From NCBI GenBank assembly GCA_042218325.1, contig JBDGRE010000003.1:1-10206 (forward strand): a stretch of DNA of 10,206 bases, written 5' to 3'. The stretch is from Candidatus Nanohaloarchaea archaeon. GTDB lineage: Archaea > Nanohalarchaeota > Nanosalinia > Nanosalinales > Nanosalinaceae. The notes beneath the pieces were generated by a model. It was given only the letters and a program-made list of their open reading frames with translations. It was not told the origin of the DNA and ran no database searches. This document shows positions 1-6,787 of the stretch, one piece after another; the first letter of the stretch is position 1; each line of letters opens with the position of its first letter. The translations under genes were made by a program, and so were the position numbers.

Positions 1-22
1 GTATATACGCAGGTGACAAAAT

Positions 23-1291
23 ATGGCAGATAAACCGCACATGAACCTAGTATTCATCGGTCACGTTGACCACGGAAAGTCCACCACTATCGGCAGGCTT
101 CTGTGGGAAACCGAAAACCTTCCACAGGAAGAGATGAGGAAGCTCGAAGAGGCAGCCGAGGAGGCAGGCAAGGAGACCTTCTCCTTCGCGTTCGCGATGG
201 ACAACCTCGAAGAAGAGCGTGAGAGAGGAGTTACCATCGACCTTGCCCACCAGGAGTTCGATTCCGACAACTACTACTTCACGATTATCGACGCTCCAGG
301 CCACCGAGACTTCATCAAAAACATGATCACCGGTGCCTCGCAGGCAGACGCAGCCGTCTTGGTTGTTGCTGCTGACGACGGCATCCAGCCACAGACGAAG
401 GAGCACGCCTACCTCGCGAAGACGCTCGGCATCGAGCAGCTCGCAGTCGGCGTCAACAAGATGGACCTCGAGGACTACTCCGAGGACTCCTTCAACAGCA
501 TCAAGGAAGAAGTCTCCGAGATGCTCCAGGGCGTAGGATTCGACCCGAGCGACATCGACTTCGTACCGATGTCGTCCTTCGAGGGCGAGAACGTCGCGAC
601 CGAGTCCGACGAGATGGACTGGTACGACGGCCCGACCCTGATGGAAGCTCTCGACGACTTCCACGAGCCCGAGAGAGCTATCGACCTGCCGACACGCATC
701 CCGGTACAGGACGTATACAACATCTCCGGAATCGGAGCCGTCGCTGTCGGACGTGTCGAGACAGGAGAGATCTCCCAGGGAGACGACGTAACCTTCCAGC
801 CAGCAGGCGTAGGTGGCGAGGTCAAGACCATCGAGATGCACCACGAGGAAGTCGAATCGGCTGAACCTGGCGACAACATCGGATGGAACACGCGTGGCGT
901 CGGAACAGACGACATCAAGAAGGGAGACGTCGCAGGACCTGCGGACAACCCTCCGACAGTCGTCGACTCGTTCGAGGCTCAGGTCATCGTCCTGAACCAC
1001 CCGAACGTCATCTCGGAAGGTTACACGCCGGTATTCCACGTCAACACGGCACAGGTCTCGTGTACGTTCACCGACCTGAAGAAGACGATGAACCCGAAGA
1101 CCGGTGAGACCATCGAGGAAGACCCTGACTACATCAAGCAGGGACAGGCCGCTATCGTGGAGATCACACCACAGCAGCCTCTCGTCATCGAGGAGAACGA
1201 CGAGATCCCGCAGATGTCCCGGTTCGCGATCCGCGACATGGGACAGACGGTCGGCGCAGGCATGGCCCTCAGCGTCGAAGAGAAGGAGTAA
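23..1291 (+). CDS. tuf: Translation elongation factor 1-alpha (archaeal EF-1A)
   Basis: 422 aa; [10 protein letters not shown]-loop, [33 protein letters not shown] and [11 protein letters not shown] motifs; SD-like AGGTGA just upstream of ATG 23. Confidence 0.99.
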   Translation: MADKPHMNLVFIGHVDHGKSTTIGRLLWETENLPQEEMRKLEEAAEEAGKETFSFAFAMDNLEEERERGVTIDLAHQEFDSDNYYFTIIDAPGHRDFIKNMITGASQADAAVLVVAADDGIQPQTKEHAYLAKTLGIEQLAVGVNKMDLEDYSEDSFNSIKEEVSEMLQGVGFDPSDIDFVPMSSFEGENVATESDEMDWYDGPTLMEALDDFHEPERAIDLPTRIPVQDVYNISGIGAVAVGRVETGEISQGDDVTFQPAGVGGEVKTIEMHHEEVESAEPGDNIGWNTRGVGTDDIKKGDVAGPADNPPTVVDSFEAQVIVLNHPNVISEGYTPVFHVNTAQVSCTFTDLKKTMNPKTGETIEEDPDYIKQGQAAIVEITPQQPLVIEENDEIPQMSRFAIRDMGQTVGAGMALSVEEKE

Positions 1292-1297
1292 AACGCT

Positions 1298-1338
1298 CCT
1301 CTCACATTTTCCTTTCTCTCTTTCTATTTCTATTCCCT
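1298..1338 (+). terminator. Pyrimidine/T-rich tract after tuf, probable archaeal terminator
   Basis: About 40 nt, almost all C/T, directly after the tuf stop codon. Confidence 0.5.
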
Positions 1339-1379
1339 GACCAGAACAGGTAGCTATATCCAGATTTCCAGCAAGAGCT

Positions 1380-1396
1380 GAAACACTATTTATAAG
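1380..1396 (+). promoter_or_regulatory. Putative BRE/TATA promoter for rps10 (probably leaderless transcript)
   Basis: GAAAC followed by TTTATAA about 25-30 nt upstream of ATG 1419; no SD. Confidence 0.55.
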
Positions 1397-1418
1397 ATTT
1401 AACTTCCTCATTAACTGT

Positions 1419-1727
1419 ATGCAGAAGGCGCGTGTAAAGCTGCGGAGCACCGACCAGGAGAAGGTCGACGAACTCGCCGACGAGATAATCGAAATCGGCG
1501 ACGAGTACAACGCAGAGGTCTCGGGACCGGTACCTCTACCGACCGATAAACTGAGAATCCCGACGATGAAGGCCCCGGACGGCGAGGGAACCGAATCGAT
1601 TGCCCGGTACGAGATGCACGTCCACAACCGGCTTATCGACATCAAGGAGTCGGAGCGCGCCCTGCGACAGGTCATGCGAGTTCACGTACCAGAAGACGTC
1701 GACATCGAAATCGAGCTCACAGAGTAA
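1419..1727 (+). CDS. rps10: 30S ribosomal protein uS10
   Basis: 102 aa; SGPVPLPT, KAPDGEG and YEMHVHNRLIDI motifs; conserved position after tuf. Confidence 0.98.
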   Translation: MQKARVKLRSTDQEKVDELADEIIEIGDEYNAEVSGPVPLPTDKLRIPTMKAPDGEGTESIARYEMHVHNRLIDIKESERALRQVMRVHVPEDVDIEIELTE

Positions 1728-1896
1728 ACCCGCTGCTTTTCCCTTGTCTAATTTAAGCTTTCCAACAACTATTTCTATTATCCGAAAGCCGCTGGAGCGC
1801 TTAGCGCGGAACGCGGTTTGACGACTCGGTGAACTGTGTTCACACAATCGAGTGGACCTACAGCCCATCGAGCCCATCAAAAATATTGCCGGGATG

Positions 1897-1942
1897 CGAA
1901 ACTCGTAAGAGTTTCTGTATCCAAGGCAAATCTGCGATTTGC
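1897..1942. repeat. Twin-hairpin cassette copy A (tRNA-Ser 5' leader)
   Basis: GAAACTC-GTAA-GAGTTTC (1898-1915), 10-nt spacer TGTATCCAAG, GCAAATC-TGC-GATTTGC (1926-1942); flanked by direct repeat TTGCCGGGATG at 1886-1896 and 1939-1949. Confidence 0.6.
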
Positions 1943-2172
1943 CGGGATGACGGAGTCTGGCTGAACGTGCCGGTCTTGAGCCTTAAGAGGGAGCCCATCC
2001 TCTTCACGGTCATTCAGGTTCCATCCTCGCTACCGCTCGGATCCAGATTATTTCGGGATTCGACCGTGAGGGGAATGGAGCACGAATGACCGTGAAGCCG
2101 GAGCAATCCGGGTTAAGGTGGATAACCGGTGGGGCGTGACGCCCCTCCTGGGTTCAAATCCCAGTCCCGGCG
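1941..2172 (+). tRNA. tRNA-Ser(TGA) with 143-nt intron at 37/38 (intron 1981-2123)
   Basis: Acceptor GCCGGGA/TCCCGGC with G73; anticodon stem CCGGT/ACCGG; anticodon TGA at 1977-1979; long variable arm GGGGCG-TGA-CGCCCC; T arm CTGGG-TTCAAAT-CCCAG. The tuf-rps10-tRNA-Ser order is common in archaea. Confidence 0.93.
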
Positions 2173-2306
2173 AACTTACCTTCGTGGTCGTGAAGAGCTT
2201 TGCTCTTCGGCCGGTGAAACCGGCCCTGTTGATGAAACTGACAGCAGTTTCTTCCAGCCCCGGCGACTTCGCTACATATTTAATCGACTATCACGGTTTC
2301 TCGGTT

Positions 2307-2720
2307 ATGGGTAAGACCGCCCGCGAACTGATGGATGAACCGGATTTCATAGACGCCGACGCGCCGGTCGGAGACGTGGAGAAAGAGTTCCAGGGATCCG
2401 AGAACACGTTGATAGTCAGGAGAGACGGAGAAGTAATCGGTGAGATACACGAGAACTCTCTACTCAAGCTGCTGATACCCGAGGAAAGACTGGACGAGGA
2501 ACGGGTCATCGGAATCCTCGGGTTCGCATTCGACTCCAGTTATGTCGCAGAGAAAGCTGAAGACTTGATGAACCGGCACGAGGTTACCGTGTCTCCAGAT
2601 GAGGATATAGACGAGATAGCATTTCTCATGGACCGGGAAGACGTAAGGGCCGTACCGGTCGAAGACGGCGGCGATATAGTGGGAGTGGTGCACGAGAACA
2701 GGATGATGGAGGAGATATAG
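2307..2720 (+). CDS. CBS-domain pair protein
   Basis: 137 aa from ATG 2307; the ORF-track start at 2118 lies inside the tRNA. CBS-like motifs ARELM, VIGEIHENSLL, AEDLM and AVPVEDGGDIVGVV; TATA-like ATATTTAAT at 2276-2284; stop overlaps the antiporter GTG. Confidence 0.88.
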   Translation: MGKTARELMDEPDFIDADAPVGDVEKEFQGSENTLIVRRDGEVIGEIHENSLLKLLIPEERLDEERVIGILGFAFDSSYVAEKAEDLMNRHEVTVSPDEDIDEIAFLMDREDVRAVPVEDGGDIVGVVHENRMMEEI

Positions 2721-3895
2721 TGGCCGGCATCAGCACATCTATACTTTTCAACTTGGCCGTGCTGCTTTCCGCCTCTTTCATAGTCGGCGAGTTATTCGAG
2801 CGCATCGGACTGGAATCTATAATAGGATATATCGTCACAGGCCTGCTTCTCGGCCCTGACCTGCTGGATCTCGTGCAGCCGGAGGCTATGGCGGGCTTCG
2901 GCACCATCGGAGCCACGCTGATTCTTTTCCAGGCCGGCCTAAGAGAGGAGAACGTGGCGGATATCTTCCGGCACGAGGAAGGGCTTGACCTCGGGCTGGC
3001 CGTACTGATCGCACCGTTTATCTTCATACTCGCCACCCTACTCGTCCTGGGACCGAGATTCCTGCCTTATACAGGGCTTCAGGAGTTCGTCTTCATCGCT
3101 CTCGCCTACGCGGTCGTCGATATAGGAGTTCCGTCGAAGCTGATGCTGTCGAAGAATCTGCTCGAGGAGGAAACCGGGAAATACACGATAAAGTCATCCG
3201 TCATCAACGTGACAGCGGGACTGGCGGTGCTTACCGTCCTCGTCATGCTGTCCTCGTCCACGATCGGAAGCGTGATGGCCAAGGCCGGAGGTATACTCGG
3301 GTTCACGCTGCTGTTCTTCCTGCTGCACGAGTTCGTACACAGGCTGGACGACTACATCATAATGTTCGAAGAGGTGGAGGCCGAGTTCGCGATAACCTTC
3401 GCGCTGCTGCTTTTCATGGCCTATCTCACCGAGCTCGTAGGCCTCTCCAGCGTGCTCGGGGCGTTCTTCGCTGGAATCATAGTTTCGCGCTCCGACTTCT
3501 CGGATTCACGGGCCTTCCAGGAGAAGATAAACGCTATCGGAGAGGGGCTGTTCATCCCGCTATTCTTCGCCTGGTTCGGCCTCGGCCTGAAGCTGTTCGG
3601 CGATGCAGGCATGATAGCCAACATAGAGGCCGCTTTCTTCCTCTTCGCTCTTTCGACAGTCTCGAAATTCGGTACCGGCTATCTGGTGACCCGTAACCAC
3701 GGGAAGGATAAACCGTTCATGATTTCCTCATCACTGTTAAGCCTGGACATAGAAACGCTGGTCATACTGCTGATAGGAATCGATCTCGGCGTCTTCGGTT
3801 CCGAGATACTCCAGATATTCGCCCCATCAGTCCTTTTCTCCACGATAACCATAGTGCTGCTCTACAGCCTGCTGGAAAGGACTGGTAGAGCCTAA
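2720..3895 (+). CDS. Cation:proton antiporter, CPA2 family (NapA/Kef-like)
   Basis: 391 aa multi-TM protein; GYIVTGLLLGP, ILFQAGL, GLSSVLGAFFAGII and FIPLFFAWFGL motifs typical of Na+(K+)/H+ exchangers. Confidence 0.9.
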   Translation: MAGISTSILFNLAVLLSASFIVGELFERIGLESIIGYIVTGLLLGPDLLDLVQPEAMAGFGTIGATLILFQAGLREENVADIFRHEEGLDLGLAVLIAPFIFILATLLVLGPRFLPYTGLQEFVFIALAYAVVDIGVPSKLMLSKNLLEEETGKYTIKSSVINVTAGLAVLTVLVMLSSSTIGSVMAKAGGILGFTLLFFLLHEFVHRLDDYIIMFEEVEAEFAITFALLLFMAYLTELVGLSSVLGAFFAGIIVSRSDFSDSRAFQEKINAIGEGLFIPLFFAWFGLGLKLFGDAGMIANIEAAFFLFALSTVSKFGTGYLVTRNHGKDKPFMISSSLLSLDIETLVILLIGIDLGVFGSEILQIFAPSVLFSTITIVLLYSLLERTGRA

Positions 3896-3934
3896 AAAGA
3901 TTCTCCCCGGTACTTGTTACACCAGACAGTTCGA

Positions 3935-4007
3935 AGCCCCCTGGGGTAGCGGTCAATCCTACCAGCTTCTGGGGCTGGTGACACAGGTTCGAATCCTGTG
4001 GGGGCTA
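3935..4007 (+). tRNA. tRNA-Gln(CTG), intronless
   Basis: Acceptor AGCCCCC/GGGGGCT with the A1-U72 pair of archaeal tRNA-Gln; CCAGC-TTCTGGG-GCTGG anticodon arm (CTG 3969-3971); ACAGG-TTCGAAT-CCTGT T arm. Confidence 0.96.
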
Positions 4008-4070
4008 AACCAGTTTTTACTCTCTGGACACAACATATAAAAGCGTCGTGCCAAATGACTGCCTGTGAAG

Positions 4071-4271
4071 ATGACAGAGTGCAAAATATGCGGAAGGACT
4101 GAGGACGAGCTCGAGGAAGAGTTCGGCCGCGAGATACCTGTTAAGGAGCATGAAGGACTGAAGAAGTGCCAGAAGTGCCTCAGCGAGTACCAGAGAGAGA
4201 CTGGCGAAACCTCTACTTCAGAGGGCGAAGAGGAATCCGAGGCCGACTGGAAGAAAGCAGTCACGGCATAA
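4071..4271 (+). CDS. Small acidic putative zinc-finger protein (CKIC...CQKC)
   Basis: 66 aa from ATG 4071; two CxxC motifs; acidic composition like the host proteins; TATA-like CATATAAA near 4034-4041. Confidence 0.75.
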   Translation: MTECKICGRTEDELEEEFGREIPVKEHEGLKKCQKCLSEYQRETGETSTSEGEEESEADWKKAVTA

Positions 4272-4303
4272 AGTTCAAATCCTTTCTCCACACTCTCTGC
4301 GGT

Positions 4304-4651
4304 ATGGAATCCGCCAGCAACTACCTCCGAATCATCTACCGCTTGACATCCGGCGGCGAAGGTAACACCACGACCTCAGAGGTAGCTGCTGCATCCGGAG
4401 TATCGGACGCCAGCGCCTCAGAGGCCATACAGAAACTGGAAGAGAAGGACCTCGTTTGCCGGGCACCTTACAGAGAGTTCACACTCAGCCCTATCGGAAA
4501 GGAGAAGGGAGAGGATCTGGCGCGCAAACACGAGATACTGGAAGAGTTCTTCGAGAGCGTGGAAGCAGAAAACCCTGCCGAAGAGGCGGACGCCGCCGAG
4601 CACGCCGTCTCCCTGGAGGCAGCGAAGAAGATAGAGGAACACATACAGTAG
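4304..4651 (+). CDS. DtxR/MntR-family metal-dependent transcriptional regulator (short form, no FeoA domain)
   Basis: 115 aa from ATG 4304; NYLRIIYRL, HTH TTSEVAAASGVSDASASEAIQKL, wing PYREFTLSPIG, RKHEILEEFF and EEADAAEH metal-site motifs. Confidence 0.92.
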   Translation: MESASNYLRIIYRLTSGGEGNTTTSEVAAASGVSDASASEAIQKLEEKDLVCRAPYREFTLSPIGKEKGEDLARKHEILEEFFESVEAENPAEEADAAEHAVSLEAAKKIEEHIQ

Positions 4652-4696
4652 CCGGTTTCTTAAGTCTTGGAAAAGCTCCAATCTATAGAAGCAGAT

Positions 4697-4830
4697 AGCC
4701 CCCTGGTGTAGCGGTCAATCATAGCGGCCTTTGGAACCTCAAGGTTCCTGCTTGGAACCAGGGAACGAGAAAACCGCCAGGTTTTCGATAAAGATAGCCG
4801 CTGACCCAGGTTCGAATCCTGGGGGGGCTA
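4697..4830 (+). tRNA. tRNA-Gln(TTG) with 61-nt intron at 37/38 (intron 4735-4795)
   Basis: Acceptor AGCCCCC/GGGGGCT; anticodon stem GCGGC/GCCGC; TTG at 4731-4733; BHB-type central helix CTTT(4729-4732)/AAAG(4790-4793) with 3' bulge AT|A. Confidence 0.94.
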
Positions 4831-4997
4831 TACTGCCTGTATCCGACAGTCTCTTCATGCCGGGGGGGCCCGTGACGTGCACGAGGCCAAGTTTTTCACA
4901 CATCTCCAGAGCTCTTTCGCGCCGGCGAAGCTCCAGATTTCCCCGGTCAGACTTCAGCGGGACAGATTGAAATACGGGGAGCCCAGAAACTTTCGTC

Positions 4998-5417
4998 GTG
5001 GAAAACTCTCACAGCATAACTGCAGCCTCGCTTGTGCTGGGCTCTATACTTGCAGCAGCAGGTTTCACACTGGTCGGAATATCCAGCTTCGCCGGGGAGC
5101 CGTTGATGGCGGCTTCCGGCTTCCTCTCGTTCGTACTGGGCTACAAGATATCCTGGTACGGGACACACACCATCAGAACCATGGAAGAACTCCGAAACGA
5201 GATGGAAGGTGCGCGTAACCAGTTTTTCGGCCATGTGGAGCGTAACCTCGGGAACTACGCGCTGATAACGCTGGGACTGGGGATGGCGGCGCACGGCACA
5301 ACGTTATTCGCACAGGTCATAACCCGTTTCCAGACACCAGAAGCAGTTCTTTCGGGACTACTCTGCACCACCGGCTACATGCTCGCACACGAAGGCGTCA
5401 ACGAGGTGCTGATATGA
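4998..5417 (+). CDS. Hypothetical membrane protein (about 4 TM)
   Basis: 139 aa, GTG start, four hydrophobic segments; TATA-like TTGAAATA about 25 nt upstream; ATGA overlap with the next gene. Confidence 0.7.
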   Translation: MENSHSITAASLVLGSILAAAGFTLVGISSFAGEPLMAASGFLSFVLGYKISWYGTHTIRTMEELRNEMEGARNQFFGHVERNLGNYALITLGLGMAAHGTTLFAQVITRFQTPEAVLSGLLCTTGYMLAHEGVNEVLI

Positions 5418-5830
5418 CACGGGGCCAGCTGAAGAAACACCTATTTTTCAGCCTCAGTATGACGTTTACCTCGTTCTTCCTGGCCTTCTCGTCTCTAATG
5501 GCGAGAAAAGGTGAGCCCTGGATGATGTTCGGGGCCACCCTGCTCATGTGGTCCGGCTATCTGGTTTCACACAGGATAGAGACCGGAAGGTTCATAGACG
5601 GCAAACCTGTAGAAGACGAAACGCGGGAAGGAAAAGACAGCAAAGTCCTTCCTCGAGGCCCTGATGAGGTGATCGGAAGCCTGATTGGCGGCGCCGTCTT
5701 CATCAGCGGGATGCTGCTCGGCACGTATGGGCTGCGCCAGTTGAACCTGGCTATCACATTTGCGGCCGCCGTGGTCTTCCTCACCGGGTACGTTATCATG
5801 CACTACGCCGGGACCGGAGAACTGCTCTAG
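5414..5830 (+). CDS. Hypothetical membrane protein (about 4 TM), probable paralog of the upstream gene
   Basis: 138 aa; two internal repeats ending GYLVSHRIETGRFI and GYVIMHYAGTGELL. Confidence 0.75.
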   Translation: MTRGQLKKHLFFSLSMTFTSFFLAFSSLMARKGEPWMMFGATLLMWSGYLVSHRIETGRFIDGKPVEDETREGKDSKVLPRGPDEVIGSLIGGAVFISGMLLGTYGLRQLNLAITFAAAVVFLTGYVIMHYAGTGELL

Positions 5831-5868
5831 CCTGACAAATCTTAAAGTTTCGCATCGACAAGAGACAC

Positions 5869-6150
5869 ATGACAGAGATACGCGCATCGCACATCCTCGT
5901 CGACAACGAGGAGCACGCCGACCAGATCAAGCTTGAACTGGAGAGAAGCGACAAAACCTTCGCGGAGCTCGCGGAGGAGAAGTCTGAAGGACCTTCCGCG
6001 GATAACGGCGGCGACCTCGGCTTCTTCGGCCGCGGCGACATGGTCAAGCCTTTCGAGAAGAAGGCCTTCGAGCTCGACGTCGGAGAGGTCTCCGAGCCTG
6101 TAAAGACGGAGTTCGGGTGGCACCTCATCCGAAAAACCGACGAACGGTAG
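5869..6150 (+). CDS. ppiC: Parvulin (PpiC-type peptidyl-prolyl cis-trans isomerase)
   Basis: 93 aa; [34 protein letters not shown] and [13 protein letters not shown] motifs. Confidence 0.96.
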   Translation: MTEIRASHILVDNEEHADQIKLELERSDKTFAELAEEKSEGPSADNGGDLGFFGRGDMVKPFEKKAFELDVGEVSEPVKTEFGWHLIRKTDER

Positions 6151-6188
6151 TCGTTTTTCTGGTGACGCCGAAAATCTTCGATTTTCAA
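6130..6188. repeat. Twin-hairpin cassette copy B with duplicated parvulin 3' end
   Basis: GAAAAA(C)CGAC/GTCGTTTTTC hairpin, 10-nt spacer TGGTGACGCC, GAAAATC-TTC-GATTTTC (6170-6186); diverged direct repeat 6127-6162 vs 6190-6226. Confidence 0.7.
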
Positions 6189-6259
6189 TATCAAGAAGAC
6201 CGACGAGAGATAGCCGTTTTTTCTGGCCAACAGGTAGGCGGCTGCCCGGCCTTACCACC

Positions 6260-6267
6260 TTTATAAA
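6260..6267 (+). promoter_or_regulatory. Putative TATA box of the rps13-rps4-rps11-rpoD operon
   Basis: TTTATAAA about 30 nt upstream of ATG 6297. Confidence 0.55.
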
Positions 6268-6296
6268 ATTTGCAGGGAATTCTGAGAGTACGGATT

Positions 6297-6785
6297 ATGT
6301 CCGAGACAAAAGAAATCGTAAGAATCGCGAGAACCGACATCGACGGCACCCAGCCTGTAGCGAAAGCCATAACCTCGCTACGGGGCGTCGGAGATGTCTA
6401 CGGTAACGCGGTCGCGGAAGCCACAGATATAGATATAGAGACAAAAATCGGCGACCTCGACGAGGAGGAAATCGACGATATCGAGGAACTCATCAAGAAC
6501 CCTGAAGACGCAGGGATTCCCGAATGGCTCAGGAACCGGAGAAAGGACCGCGAGACGGGTGAAGACAACCACCTAATAGGCTCGGACCTCGAACTCAAGG
6601 AAGAGTTCGATATCAGGCGCCTCAAGGAGATAGACTCCTACAAGGGCTGGAGACACGAGATCGGTCTCCCCGTCAGAGGCCAGAAAACCAAGTCCTCGTT
6701 CCGTTCCGGCTCCAAGGTCGGAGTATCACGCGCACGCCTGAGAGAGGAAGCCGCAGAAGGCGGCGGAGAAGAGGAGGAAGAATAA
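6297..6785 (+). CDS. rps13: 30S ribosomal protein uS13
   Basis: 162 aa from ATG 6297; IVRIARTDIDG, IPEWLRNRRKDRETG and SYKGWRHEIGLPVRGQKTKS motifs. Confidence 0.98.
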   Translation: MSETKEIVRIARTDIDGTQPVAKAITSLRGVGDVYGNAVAEATDIDIETKIGDLDEEEIDDIEELIKNPEDAGIPEWLRNRRKDRETGEDNHLIGSDLELKEEFDIRRLKEIDSYKGWRHEIGLPVRGQKTKSSFRSGSKVGVSRARLREEAAEGGGEEEEE

Positions 6786-6787
6786 TG

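Noticed and set aside
47-1675. 542-aa minus-strand ORF and other long antisense ORFs (7213-7752, 7508-8203, 8891-9541, 5842-6258)
   Set aside because: They shadow strongly codon-biased + strand housekeeping genes, have no motifs, and lack the host's acidic composition.
1977-1979. Selenocysteine or opal suppressor tRNA
   Set aside because: TGA is the anticodon (reads UCA, Ser); tRNA-Sec needs anticodon TCA and extended arms.
2003-2096. HDV-like ribozyme in the Ser intron (TCCTCGCT loop-like motif; CGAA before a long helix)
   Set aside because: No P3 pairing around TCCTCGCT and no P1/P1.1 pseudoknot; the GAA is simply part of the 13-bp helix.
2226-2256. Hammerhead ribozyme near TGATGA/GAAAC
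   Set aside because: CUGAUGA is incomplete and GAAA does not follow a stem II in the required order.
1781-2271. SRP RNA, RNase P RNA, 5S rRNA or group I intron
   Set aside because: I found no SRP helix-8 motif, RNase P CR-I/CR-V, 5S signature or group I core; the intron neither follows a U nor ends in G.
1829-2306. ORF 1829-2089 and the N-terminal extension of the CBS ORF from 2118
   Set aside because: Both overlap the tRNA-Ser gene or its intron; the CBS protein has a better ATG at 2307 with its own TATA-like element.
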